Positions 7,747 to 16,917 are shown, numbered from the stretch's first letter. The stretch is 62,161 nucleotides of DNA from Thermoplasmata archaeon (GCA_034667745.1 JAXDQP010000052.1:1-62161), one strand, 5' to 3'. The notes: generated by a model not told the origin, from the sequence alone. Program-made: numbers and translations.

Positions 7747-8346
7747 GTGGACGCGCCGGCCTACTTCACCTACCCATCGCCCTTCGCGTACCTCGCGTGG
7801 CACCGCGTGGCGTCCCATCCGGAGCGCTACGCCAAGCTGAGGCTCACGTGGACGCCGGTGCTGTTTCGCCGCCTCATGGCGCTCCAGGACGGCCCCGCCA
7901 CGGGCTCGCCGCCCCTCCAACTGGCCTACAACTACGCGGACGCCGACCGGTGGGCCGCCGCCTACGGCATCCCGTTGGCGCACTTCGACCGCAAGGTCCC
8001 GACCGACCAGACGGCGCACAGGCTCCACCTGCTCGCGCAGGACGCGGGCCGCGACTGGGAGGCGCGCTGGATGAAGGCGGTCTTCACCCTCGGCCGCGTG
8101 CAGGGGACCGACCTCACCGACGGCGCGGCGGTGCGCAGGCTCGCCGAGCAGGTGGGGCTGCCGGGCCGGGAGCGGGCCGATGCGCCGGAGCTGGATGCGC
8201 GGCTGGAGGCCAACACGCAACAGGCGCTCCGCGACGGGGCCTGCGGCGTCCCGTTCATCCGCCACGCCGGGCAGGCCTACTGGGGCAACGACCGGCTCGC
8301 GTGGCTGGAGGCGCACCTCGCCGGCAAGCCCCACCCGGAGGTGTGA
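7747..8346 (+). CDS. DsbA-like thioredoxin-fold protein (2-hydroxychromene-2-carboxylate isomerase / GST-kappa-like), paralog 1
   Basis: 'YFTYPSPFAYLA...' at the N-terminus and 'GACGVPFIRHAGQAYWGNDRLAWLE' at the C-terminus fit the HCCA-isomerase/DsbA family (no CxxC). GTG 7747 chosen as start; TTG 7738 is also possible. Confidence 0.7.
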   Translation: MDAPAYFTYPSPFAYLAWHRVASHPERYAKLRLTWTPVLFRRLMALQDGPATGSPPLQLAYNYADADRWAAAYGIPLAHFDRKVPTDQTAHRLHLLAQDAGRDWEARWMKAVFTLGRVQGTDLTDGAAVRRLAEQVGLPGRERADAPELDARLEANTQQALRDGACGVPFIRHAGQAYWGNDRLAWLEAHLAGKPHPEV

Positions 8347-8347
8347 G

Positions 8348-8956
8348 GTGCGGCAGGTCCACCTCTACTTCGCCTACGGCTCCAGCTACTCCTACCTCGC
8401 CTGGGCCCGCGTCACGAAAGTCCACGCCGACCGCTACGCGGGCGCAGAGGTGCTGTGGAAGCCGGTGCAGTTCGGGAAGCTGATGGACCTGCAGGGCCAC
8501 AGCGGCGACGGCCCGGCCAACCAGTCCGCCTACGCGCGGCGGGACGTCGAGCGGTGGGCGCACGCCTACGGGGTGCCGCTGCGCTACGCCGACTGCTACC
8601 CCATCGACTCCACGAACGCGGCGAAGGGGCACCTGCTGGCCGACATGGAGGGGCCGGCGATGGAGCGCAAGTGGCTGGAGGCCTGCCTGGAGGCGCACTG
8701 GGTCCGCAACCAGGACGTCAGCGACCCCGCCGTGCTGGACGCGCTGGCGCACTCCATCGGGATGAGGCGCGTCTCCGACCGGCTCGCCTCCGAGGGCCTC
8801 AAGCGGCTGCTGGACGCCAACACGCACGAGGCGTTCCAGGCCGGCGCGCCCGGCGTCCCCTACGCCGTCGTGGACGGGGAGGGGTTCTGGGGCAACGACC
8901 GGCTGGCGTGGGTGGAGAGAAAACTGGGCGTCCACCCGTCCGCCGAAGGGCCTTGA
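8348..8956 (+). CDS. DsbA-like thioredoxin-fold protein (HCCA isomerase-like), paralog 2
   Basis: 'LYFAYGSSYSYLA...GAPGVPYAVVDGEGFWGNDRLAWVE', the same architecture as the upstream gene. The GTG start is 1 nt after the upstream TGA. Confidence 0.7.
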   Translation: MRQVHLYFAYGSSYSYLAWARVTKVHADRYAGAEVLWKPVQFGKLMDLQGHSGDGPANQSAYARRDVERWAHAYGVPLRYADCYPIDSTNAAKGHLLADMEGPAMERKWLEACLEAHWVRNQDVSDPAVLDALAHSIGMRRVSDRLASEGLKRLLDANTHEAFQAGAPGVPYAVVDGEGFWGNDRLAWVERKLGVHPSAEGP

Positions 8957-9002
8957 CTGCGCTCCACCCGGCCATTGCTCCCCAAAGCCGAATGAGGGCG
9001 TT

Positions 9003-9010
9003 GAAATATC
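9003..9010 (+). promoter_or_regulatory. TATA-like box GAAATATC
   Basis: Lies 20 nt upstream of ATG 9030. Confidence 0.55.
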
Positions 9011-9029
9011 CACGTCCGGTGCCCCCAGC

Positions 9030-9587
9030 ATGGCATACTCCCTCGCCATGGACTCGGTCCTGCGGTTCCTGCACATCCTCTCCGGCATCGTCTGGATTGG
9101 CCACCTCTATTTCTTCAACCTCACGAACCTCCCGGTGTTCAAGTTCGCCATCGCCAACGGCAACCCCGACCAGAAGGGCGGCCCGAGCCTCGTCCTGCGC
9201 GCCATGTGGTGGTTCCGCTGGGGCGCCATGGCGACCCTGGTCTTCGGCCTCTGGCTGTTCCACGTGCGCGCCCAGGCCAGCGGCCTCGGCGACATGGCGT
9301 TCCTCACCGACACCCTGGAGGGCAACTACATCGCCATCGGCATGCTGCTGGGCATCGTGATGTGGGTCAACGTCTGGTTCATCATCTGGCCCGCCCAGAA
9401 GGTCGTCCTCGGCAACAACCTGCAGATCGCCAAGGGCGTCCCCGACGACCAGAAGGCGAAGCTGGAGGCGCAGAACAAGCCGCTCGCGGCGCGCGCCAAG
9501 ATGGCCAGCCGCACCAACTTCTGGCTCAGCATCCCGATGCTGCTGTTCATGGTCGCCGCCAGCCACAACTGGTTCTTCTTCAGCTAG
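9030..9587 (+). CDS. Membrane protein resembling the N-terminal membrane domain of urate hydroxylase PuuD
   Basis: 185 aa with 4-5 TM helices. 'LRFLHILSGIVWIGHLYFFNL' resembles the PuuD N-terminal domain as I recall it. No cytochrome c part. A TATA-like box lies 20 nt upstream. Confidence 0.55.
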   Translation: MAYSLAMDSVLRFLHILSGIVWIGHLYFFNLTNLPVFKFAIANGNPDQKGGPSLVLRAMWWFRWGAMATLVFGLWLFHVRAQASGLGDMAFLTDTLEGNYIAIGMLLGIVMWVNVWFIIWPAQKVVLGNNLQIAKGVPDDQKAKLEAQNKPLAARAKMASRTNFWLSIPMLLFMVAASHNWFFFS

Positions 9588-9590
9588 GCG

Positions 9591-9650
9591 CCCCGCTTCC
9601 CCTCTCTCTTCCTCCTCCTTCCTCCTCTTCCTTCGTCTCTTTTCTTCCTG
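9591..9650 (+). terminator. C/T-rich tract after a stop codon (putative archaeal terminator)
   Basis: A 60-nt, almost pure pyrimidine run with a T4 run ('tcttttctt'), starting 4 nt after the TAG at 9585-9587. Confidence 0.55.
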
Positions 9651-9651
9651 C

Positions 9652-10389
9652 TCAGTCCGCGCGCAGCGGGTGCAGGACCGGCCAGCCCATCCGCTTCGCC
9701 ATGCGGCGCAGCTTGCCGCGCGGGTTGACGGCGACGGGGTGGCCCACGGTCTCCAGCATGTGCTTGTCCGACCAGTGGTCCGAGTAGGCCCAGCACTCCG
9801 CCAGCGGCACGCCGAGGGCGCGGGCGTAGGCGTCCAGGATGTTCGCCTTGTCCACCCCGAACAGCGGCCCGACGACGCGGCCCGTGAGGCGGCCGTTGCG
9901 CTCCGGCAGGCGGCAGCCGATGAGGTCGATGGCGGGGTCCACGTGGTCGAGGACGCGGCGCACCAGCGCCTCCATGCCAGTCGTGACGACGACGCAGCGG
10001 CGCCCCTTCGCCTGGTGGTCGCGCATGATGGCCACCATCTCGGGGTAGAGGCGGGGCGCGATGGCTTCGCGCGCGAAGTCCTCCATCAGGCCGTAGAACC
10101 GCAGCGCGTCCACGCCGCGCAGCCCCTTGTAGCTGGCGCGGATGATGCTGCTGCGCCGCCGCGCGCCCACCTTGTAGAGCCCCGCCTGCAGTCCCATCCA
10201 GGACAGGAACGGGATGTAGCGGCCCCACAGGCGCATGCGCGCCCAGAAGCGCCCCTCCAACTCGTGCCGGCGCCAGCGGAACAGGTACCAGCCGAAGAGC
10301 GGGCCGGCGTCGCCGTGGATGATGGTGTTGTCGAAGTCGAGGAAGACCAGCCCGGGCGGCGGCGCGGGGCGCGGCGGCGAACGGCTCAT
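9652..10389 (-). CDS. HAD-IB family hydrolase (SerB-like fold)
   Basis: Motif I 'FLDFDNT', then 'VVVTTG' and 'AYSDHWSDKHML'. Its ATG overlaps the stop of the upstream hydrolase (ATGA). Confidence 0.75.
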   Translation of the reverse strand: MSRSPPRPAPPPGLVFLDFDNTIIHGDAGPLFGWYLFRWRRHELEGRFWARMRLWGRYIPFLSWMGLQAGLYKVGARRRSSIIRASYKGLRGVDALRFYGLMEDFAREAIAPRLYPEMVAIMRDHQAKGRRCVVVTTGMEALVRRVLDHVDPAIDLIGCRLPERNGRLTGRVVGPLFGVDKANILDAYARALGVPLAECWAYSDHWSDKHMLETVGHPVAVNPRGKLRRMAKRMGWPVLHPLRAD

Positions 10390-11231
10390 GCGGGGGCCCC
10401 AAGGTGCTGCTGGAACCACTCCAGCGTCGCCTGCGCCAGCCGGGGGCCGTCCACGTCGCGGAAGCAGGAGTGGCCGCCCTTGTGCAGCAGCAGCTCCTTC
10501 GGCCCCGCGAGGGCGTCGTAGACCTTGCGGGTGTGCGCGGGCTTCACGGCCCTGTCGGTCGGGCTGGCGATGACGAGAAGCGGCTGCCGGACGCCCGTCG
10601 CCCACGTGCTGGCCGACATGGTGAGCGCGGCGCGGTAGTTGCCGAGGCTGACGCGGCCGAGCAGGAAGCCGTCGGCGCGGGCGGCCTTGGCGGCGTCGGC
10701 GTCCTCGAACAGGCTCTCGTAGCTGTTCTTGTAGGGAATCGTGCCGGGCGGGCGGCCGCGGCGCACGCGCCACTCGGAGAAGCGCCCGATGGCGTGGTAG
10801 CCCGCCTTCTCCAGCGGGTTCAGCTCGTCGAACAGGCGGTCCACGGGGTGCGCGACGACGCCGGCGCGGAACAGGCGGGTGCGGGCGAGGGCCGCGAGCG
10901 CGTAGGCGCCCCCGAGGCTGTGCCCGACGATGCCCAGCGGCGCGTCGGGGCCGACCTCCTCGCGCAGGACGCCGGCGGCCGCCTCGATGTCCTCGACGGC
11001 GCGCTCGACGCTGGTGCGGCCCGGCTCCCCCGCCGAGCGGCCGTAGCCGCGCTGGTCGAACGCGAAGACGTGGAAGCCGCCGTCCGCGAGCGCCTGGGGG
11101 AGCGGCCCGAACTCGCCCTGCGACGAGTTGAAGCCGTGCACCAGCAGGAGGCCCGCGCGCGGCCTGCCCGCCGGCGCCCACAGGGTCCCGACGAGGCGCT
11201 CCTGGCCCACCGCGAACGTCCGCTCCTGCAC
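10386..11231 (-). CDS. Alpha/beta hydrolase
   Basis: 'LLLVHGFNSS' and the nucleophile elbow 'GHSLGG'. GTG 11231 chosen as start because the upstream ATG (11333) would overlap the argS start. Confidence 0.75.
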   Translation of the reverse strand: MQERTFAVGQERLVGTLWAPAGRPRAGLLLVHGFNSSQGEFGPLPQALADGGFHVFAFDQRGYGRSAGEPGRTSVERAVEDIEAAAGVLREEVGPDAPLGIVGHSLGGAYALAALARTRLFRAGVVAHPVDRLFDELNPLEKAGYHAIGRFSEWRVRRGRPPGTIPYKNSYESLFEDADAAKAARADGFLLGRVSLGNYRAALTMSASTWATGVRQPLLVIASPTDRAVKPAHTRKVYDALAGPKELLLHKGGHSCFRDVDGPRLAQATLEWFQQHLGAPA

Positions 11232-11328
11232 GGGGGACCCAACCGGGGCGCGCTTGAAAGGCTCGCCTCTAGCGCACCAAGCTTTTTTGGAGAGGGCGGG
11301 TCGCCCGGGCGTGCAGCCCCGCGACCCC

Positions 11329-13053
11329 ATGGCCGGCTTCCGCGCCGAAGTCGACCGCCTCCTGGCCGCCGCGGCCGCCCACCTCAAGCTCGCCGGAGCG
11401 TGGCCCGCGCTGGAGAGCCCGCCCGACCCCGCGATGGGCGACCTGGGCCTGCCGTGCTTCGCGCTGGCCAAGGCGCTCCGCAAGGCGCCCAACGCCATCG
11501 CGCTCGACGTCGCCTCCGCCGTGCCGCAGGAGGGCCGCACCTGGGTCGCAAGGGTCGAGGCGCAGGGCCCCTACGTCAACTTCGCGGTGGACCGCGCCAA
11601 GCTCGCCGACCTCGTCTTCTCCGACCCCGTCGCCGCCATCACACCGCGCGCGTCCGGCCGCAAGGTCCTGCTGGAGCACACGAGCGCCAACCCCAACGGC
11701 CCGCTGCACGTCGGCCGCGCCCGCAACCCCATCGTCGGCGACACCCTCGCCCGCCTCCACCGCGCCGCCGGCCACGCCGTCGAGGCGCAGTACTACATGG
11801 ACAACCTCGGCCGCCAGGTCGCGACGCTCAGCTGGGGCAAGTGGAACCTCGACCCCGCCACGCTGCCGCCGCCCGGCCGCGCCAAGATTGACCACGACCT
11901 CGTGCGCTACTACCAGGCCGCGCACGACTTGGCCAAGAATGACCCCGCCGTCGCCGCCGAGGTCAAGAAGCTCGTCGAGGAGCTGGAGTCCGCCGACCCC
12001 GTCCTGCTGGAGAAGGTGCGCAAGGTGTACGGCGCCTGCTTCGAGGGGATGCTGGAGAGCCTCAACCGCCTCGGCGCGCGCTACGACTCCATCAAGGACG
12101 AGAGCGACGTCGTGCTCGACGGCTCGGTCGCGCGCACCATCGAGGCGCTCAAGCAGCTGCCCATCGCGGGCGTCGACGAGGCCAACGGCGCCAACTACCT
12201 CGACCTCAGCAGCCTCCTCAAGGGCCAGAAGGACAAGTTCTTCTTCACGCGCGGCGACGGCACGAGCGTCTACGCCACGCGCGACATCGCCTACCACGCC
12301 TGGAAGGCGCAGCACGTCGGCGACGGCCGCCTCATCGACGTGTTGGGCGAGGACCATCGCCTCCAGTCGCTCCAGGTCGGCGCCGCCCTCGACGCCCTCG
12401 GCATCGCGCGGCCGCAGGTCATCTTCTACGCCTTCGTGTCGCTGCCTGAAGGGAAGATGAGCACGCGCGCCAACCGCGTCGTGTTCCTCGACGACCTGCT
12501 CGACGAGGCTGCCGAGCGCGCCTACGCCGAGGTCAAGCAGCGGCGCGGCGACGAGCTGCCGGAAGCGGCGCTGCGCGAGATTGCGGAAGCCGTCGGCGTC
12601 GCCGCCATCCGCTTCAACATCGCGCGCATCCAGCCCGAGAAGCCCATCGAGTTCCGCTGGGAAGAGGCGCTCAACTTCGACGGCGACTCCGCGCCCTACC
12701 TCATGTATGCCCACGCCCGCGCCAGCAGCCTCGTCGCGCGCTGCCTCGACGCCGGCATCGAGCCCAGCCACGCCCACGCCCGCCCCGGCGACGGCGAGCA
12801 ACGGCTCGCCTGGACCATCGCGCGCCTCCAGCCCGCCGTGCAGGAAGCGGTCGAGAAATCGGCGCCGCAGCGCTTCGCCGCCTACGCGCTCGAGATGGCG
12901 GGCGCCTTCAACGAGTACTACCGCGACCACCGCGTCCTCGAATGCGAGGACAAGGCCGTCCAGTCGATGCGCCTCGCCGCCTGCATGGCGGGCCAGGCCG
13001 CGCTTCGCAAGGCCCTGGAGACCCTCGGGATTCCAGCCCTCGCGGAGATGTAG
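11329..13053 (+). CDS. argS: Arginine--tRNA ligase
   Basis: 574 aa. 'SANPNGPLHVGRARN' is the HIGH-type motif, and the C-terminal anticodon-binding domain is present. ATG 11329 follows an A/T box. Confidence 0.9.
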   Translation: MAGFRAEVDRLLAAAAAHLKLAGAWPALESPPDPAMGDLGLPCFALAKALRKAPNAIALDVASAVPQEGRTWVARVEAQGPYVNFAVDRAKLADLVFSDPVAAITPRASGRKVLLEHTSANPNGPLHVGRARNPIVGDTLARLHRAAGHAVEAQYYMDNLGRQVATLSWGKWNLDPATLPPPGRAKIDHDLVRYYQAAHDLAKNDPAVAAEVKKLVEELESADPVLLEKVRKVYGACFEGMLESLNRLGARYDSIKDESDVVLDGSVARTIEALKQLPIAGVDEANGANYLDLSSLLKGQKDKFFFTRGDGTSVYATRDIAYHAWKAQHVGDGRLIDVLGEDHRLQSLQVGAALDALGIARPQVIFYAFVSLPEGKMSTRANRVVFLDDLLDEAAERAYAEVKQRRGDELPEAALREIAEAVGVAAIRFNIARIQPEKPIEFRWEEALNFDGDSAPYLMYAHARASSLVARCLDAGIEPSHAHARPGDGEQRLAWTIARLQPAVQEAVEKSAPQRFAAYALEMAGAFNEYYRDHRVLECEDKAVQSMRLAACMAGQAALRKALETLGIPALAEM

Positions 13054-13105
13054 TCGGCAAGAGCAGGGTTACGTCGGGGCGCGGCTCGGCAGGAATGCGC
13101 ACCGG

Positions 13106-13139
13106 CATCGCGTGGCTGGCCTTGGCGCCGCACGCGATG
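13106..13139 (+). terminator. Perfect 9-bp stem hairpin downstream of argS
   Basis: CATCGCGTG-(16 nt loop)-CACGCGATG, about 53 nt after the argS stop. Its function as a terminator or processing site is not established. Confidence 0.3.
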
Positions 13140-13211
13140 GCGCACACGGAAGTTGGCCCTCCGGCAACAGGAGCCACAACCGTTATCCCCCTCCTGGGGT
13201 CCCTTGGGGCC

Positions 13212-14693
13212 ATGAAGACCCTGGGGGTTCTCAGCCTGCTCCTGTTGGCCACGTTGGCCGGCTGCCTCTCCGCCGAGAATGGCGCGACGACCACCTCTAG
13301 CGCGCCCGTCCTGGCCCCCTCGGCCATGCGCTTCCCGACGCCCGCGGACACCATGGTCGAGGGCCCCGGCCACGACCACGCCGCCCCGGCGCAGCACAAG
13401 ACGCTGTGGAACTACGCCTTCACGGCGCGCGACCCCCTGATGCAGAACGCGGCCAACGCGGCCGGCCTGCACGCGATGGACCTCCAGAACGGCTGGCTGT
13501 TCGGCGCGGTCTATGGCTCGCACGGCGTCGCGGTGGACGGCGGCGTCCAGATCTGGGACGTCCACACCGACCCGCTGCACCCCAAGCCCGTCGGCCGCTG
13601 GACCATCCCCGGCAGCGTCGGCGGCGACCGCTCCATCGGCGCCACCCCCGACGGCGACTTCGTCGTCATCGGCCTCGAGCCGGTCGACTGCCTCGGCCAC
13701 GCCAACCCCCTCGGCGCCCTGACGAGCGCCTACCTCATCGACGCCCGCAACAAGGCGCTCCCGGTCGTGGCCGACGTCCTGACCCCGGGCGGCACCACCG
13801 GCGGCCCCGGCCAGAACCCGCTCCACATCTCGACCCACTCGGTCTTCGTCCACCGCATCCAGGGCAAGGACTACGCCTTCATCGCGGGCGACATCTACCG
13901 CATCGACCGCGGCGAGCAGGGCGCCAAGCTGGTCTCCGTCGGCACCATCAACTCGGGCCACGACGCCTACGTGCGCGACACGCCGTGGAACACCACCTGG
14001 GCGCTGACCGCGAACGGCGGCGGCGGCATGGCCATCTACGACGTCACCGACCCCGCCAAGCCCTTCAGCGTCGGCCAGTGGGACCTGCCCAACCGCACCG
14101 AGCTGGCCAAGGCGCAGGGCGGCGACTACTACTTCCACACCGCGGACGTCGCGTTCCTGCCCGGCCAGACCCTCGTGGTGCTGACCTCGGAGGACTTCGC
14201 GCCGCACGTGAGCCCCCTCTGGGTCCTCGACGGCAACCCGCTGCGCGACGTCAAGGCCGGCGGCGACCCGGCGCAGCTGCGCGTCCTGGGCGAGTGGCAC
14301 AACCCCTACAACCACACGGCGGCCAACATCCGCTTCAGCCTGCACAACCCGCGCTTCCACGACGGCGGCCTGCTGACCATCTCGAGCTACCACGCCGGCT
14401 TCTTCCAGCTCGACCTGCGCCACCCCTCGTTCTGGGAGAATCCCTCCCTCATCGCCGACGGCGCCTACGCCGACGGCACCGCGCCGCTCTTCGTGGACCC
14501 CGCCGAGAGCGCCGTGGAGAACCAGGTGTGCAAGCTGGGCATCGCCATCGACGCGCCCGAGCAGATGGACGTCGCGATGGGCCAGAACGGCGTGATGTAC
14601 CTGGCGGACGTGTTCATGGGCCTCTACACGTTCACGCCCACGGAGACCCACCCGGTCTTCGGCACGAACCCCGTCGCGCCCGTCCAGGGCTGA
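13212..14693 (+). CDS. Secreted lipoprotein with LVIVD-like beta-propeller repeats
   Basis: Signal peptide plus lipobox 'LLLLATLAGC'. Repeats such as 'VQIWDVHTDPLHPKP' and 'GMAIYDVTDPAKP' resemble LVIVD repeats. Confidence 0.7.
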   Translation: MKTLGVLSLLLLATLAGCLSAENGATTTSSAPVLAPSAMRFPTPADTMVEGPGHDHAAPAQHKTLWNYAFTARDPLMQNAANAAGLHAMDLQNGWLFGAVYGSHGVAVDGGVQIWDVHTDPLHPKPVGRWTIPGSVGGDRSIGATPDGDFVVIGLEPVDCLGHANPLGALTSAYLIDARNKALPVVADVLTPGGTTGGPGQNPLHISTHSVFVHRIQGKDYAFIAGDIYRIDRGEQGAKLVSVGTINSGHDAYVRDTPWNTTWALTANGGGGMAIYDVTDPAKPFSVGQWDLPNRTELAKAQGGDYYFHTADVAFLPGQTLVVLTSEDFAPHVSPLWVLDGNPLRDVKAGGDPAQLRVLGEWHNPYNHTAANIRFSLHNPRFHDGGLLTISSYHAGFFQLDLRHPSFWENPSLIADGAYADGTAPLFVDPAESAVENQVCKLGIAIDAPEQMDVAMGQNGVMYLADVFMGLYTFTPTETHPVFGTNPVAPVQG

Positions 14694-14697
14694 CCGC

Positions 14698-15768
14698 TCA
14701 GAACAGCGTCCGCTGCGCCTGCTTGCTGCGCCCCGCGCCGAAGCGCGCGAGCGCCGCGTCCACGCGCTCGGCGCTGAAGCCGTGCCTCTCCACCATCAGC
14801 GCCCGCACGGCGCCGGCGTCGGGGGCCTTGAGGTCCAACTCCGCAGCCTGGACGTCGGCGTGGGCCGGATGCAGGAAGATGGCGCGCACCGCGTCGCGGT
14901 CGGCCAGCGCCTCGTGCTGCTCCAGGATGGCGCGCTCCACCGCGGAGGCCGCGGCGGCGGGGCCGGCGGAGAGGCGGGCGAGCAGCGCCTCCAGGCTGCC
15001 TTCCCTCTGGATGAGCGCGATGGCCTTCTTGGCGCCGATGCCCTTGATGCCGGGGTGGAAGTCGGTGCCCACCAGGAGCGCCGCGTCGATGAGCTGCTCG
15101 CGCGTCAGGCCCATCGCGGCGAGGCTGGCCTGGAGCGGAATCTCCTCCGGCTGCACCTCGACCCACACCTGCTTCCCCGGCAGCTTGCGGCGGCCGCCGG
15201 TGGCGAGGTGGCGCACCAGCAGCGGCGTGCCGAAGAGGAGCGTGTCGAAGTCCTGCGACACGGTGCCGTCGACGAGTCCCTGCCGGCACATCCACGACGC
15301 CTGCGCCTCGCCCTCGCCGGGCGCCTGCAGGACCGGGATGCCGAGGGCGCGCAGCAGCTCCTGCGCCTGCGTCACCATCGGCGCGGTGAGGCGGCTCGTC
15401 TGCTGCGCCTTGGTGCGCGCCGTCTCCAGGTCGCCCGCCTCGAGGGCCGTCGCGTAGTCGGCCTGCGCTTTCTCCTTGCGCTGGGCGCGCGCCGCCAGTG
15501 TCTCCCGCTTCAGCTCGGGCGCCACGCCGTCGAACACGAACACGGGCTTGATGCCGGCCTCGACGAGCGCGGCGGTGCGGTAGAGCGTCCCCGCGAGGTG
15601 GCTCGTGACGCGGCCCTCCCTGTCCATCAGCGGCGTGCCGTCCGGCTGGCGGATGGAGGAGAGGAACTGGTAGAGGATGTTCCAGGCGTCCACGGCGAGG
15701 CGCTTGCCCGCGAAGTGCGCCATCGTGACGGGGGTGCGCACGACGACGTCGCCCAGGTCGATTCCCAC
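14698..15768 (-). CDS. fen: Flap endonuclease 1
   Basis: 356 aa. 'LAVDAWNILYQFL...VFVFDG...' are the XPG N/I regions, and a helix-hairpin-helix region 'GTDFHPGIKGIGAKKA' is present. GTG start. Confidence 0.9.
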   Translation of the reverse strand: MGIDLGDVVVRTPVTMAHFAGKRLAVDAWNILYQFLSSIRQPDGTPLMDREGRVTSHLAGTLYRTAALVEAGIKPVFVFDGVAPELKRETLAARAQRKEKAQADYATALEAGDLETARTKAQQTSRLTAPMVTQAQELLRALGIPVLQAPGEGEAQASWMCRQGLVDGTVSQDFDTLLFGTPLLVRHLATGGRRKLPGKQVWVEVQPEEIPLQASLAAMGLTREQLIDAALLVGTDFHPGIKGIGAKKAIALIQREGSLEALLARLSAGPAAAASAVERAILEQHEALADRDAVRAIFLHPAHADVQAAELDLKAPDAGAVRALMVERHGFSAERVDAALARFGAGRSKQAQRTLF

Positions 15769-15830
15769 GCCCCGGCATGGCGGGCGCCGGGTTAAGAAAC
15801 TACTAATGGCGCGCGCCGGGTCGGAACGGC

Positions 15831-16871
15831 GTGAAGGCCCTCGCCGCCGTGGCGTTGCTCCTGGCGTGCGGCCTCGCCGGCTGCGGGGAAAAGGCCCAGC
15901 CCGCGCCCGCGGCGTTCGACGGCGGGGCCGCGCTCGCGTTCGTCAAGCAGGTCGCGCTCCAGGCCGACGGCTCCCCCCGCTTCCGCATCCCCGGCACGCA
16001 GGGCCAACTGGATGGCGCCGCCGCCCTCTGGAACGCCTCGGCCGTCGCCGGCTGGGAGCGCGCGTGGCAGAACTTCACGGGCCCGGACTACCTCGGCCTC
16101 GACCGCAGCGTCGTGCGCGGCTACACCCCGGGCCCCGGCGTGGACCGCCGCTACTGCACCGAGGAGGCCGAGGCCAAGGTCCCCAGCCTGCGCTTCGCCA
16201 ACCTGTTCGCGTCCCGCCCCGCCGCCGACCCGGCCGCGCCGATGCTGCTGCTGGGCGCGCACTGGGACTCGCAGATGCACAGCGACAACGACATCCAGGC
16301 CAACCGCTCCAAGCCCGACCCCGGCGCCAACGACGGCGCCTCCGGCGTCGGCGTCCTGCTGCAACTGATGCGCGCCGTGGACGCGGCCGAGCCGTTCCCG
16401 TTCGCGGTGGGCATCCTCTTCATCGACGGCGAGGACGGCTTCTTCGACTGCTACCCCGACGCCGGCAGCCTCTGGTTCGCGCAGCACCTCCCGCGCCCCG
16501 TCGCCGCCTTCGTCCTGCTCGACATGGTGGGCGACCCCGGCGCGCTCTACCCGAAGGAGCGCTACAGCGCCACCAGCGCGCCCGCCCTCCAGGCCCTCCT
16601 GTGGCGCCACGGTCAAGCCACGCCCTACGGCGCGGCGCACTTCGTGAACGGCACCGCCACCATCGAGGACGACCACCTCGCCTTCATCCACGCCGGCATC
16701 CCCGCCGTGGACATCATCGACGCGGGGCGCCCGACGACGTTCCCGCCGCAATGGGACACCGCCTTCGACACCGTGGACCGCCTCGACGCGCGGATGCTCG
16801 GCCTCGTTGGCGACACGCTGATGGCGACGCTGCGCGACCCCGCCCTCGTGCCTTTGCTGACTACCCACTGA
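15831..16871 (+). CDS. M28-family peptidase / glutaminyl-cyclase-like lipoprotein
   Basis: Lipobox 'LLACGLAGC'. Metal-ligand motifs 'GAHWDS', 'GANDGASGVGVLLQL', 'FIDGEDG', 'LLDMVG' and 'DDHLAF'. Confidence 0.75.
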   Translation: MKALAAVALLLACGLAGCGEKAQPAPAAFDGGAALAFVKQVALQADGSPRFRIPGTQGQLDGAAALWNASAVAGWERAWQNFTGPDYLGLDRSVVRGYTPGPGVDRRYCTEEAEAKVPSLRFANLFASRPAADPAAPMLLLGAHWDSQMHSDNDIQANRSKPDPGANDGASGVGVLLQLMRAVDAAEPFPFAVGILFIDGEDGFFDCYPDAGSLWFAQHLPRPVAAFVLLDMVGDPGALYPKERYSATSAPALQALLWRHGQATPYGAAHFVNGTATIEDDHLAFIHAGIPAVDIIDAGRPTTFPPQWDTAFDTVDRLDARMLGLVGDTLMATLRDPALVPLLTTH

Positions 16872-16900
16872 ACCGCGGATTGCGCGGATGACGCGGATTT
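16870..16900. repeat. 9-nt-phased element, single arm (CGCGGA flavour)
   Basis: AACCGCGGA TTGCGCGGA TGACGCGGA TTT, starting inside the stop codon of the M28 gene. 29/30 identical to the reverse complement of 45426..45455. Confidence 0.8.
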
Positions 16901-16917
16901 CCTCAGGTGGGAGCCGC

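Noticed and set aside
12942-13211. Upstream starts (12942 and 13095) for the LVIVD lipoprotein gene, and similar long 5' extensions in the track. These include 3186 for purS, 52104 for rps15, 49193 for cdc48, 20045 for pheT, 38582 for the Cys-rich protein and 11128 for argS.
   Set aside because: The extensions overlap upstream genes or have non-coding codon usage. The chosen internal starts give canonical N-termini (signal peptide plus lipobox, or family-typical first residues) and sit at the right distance from promoter boxes.
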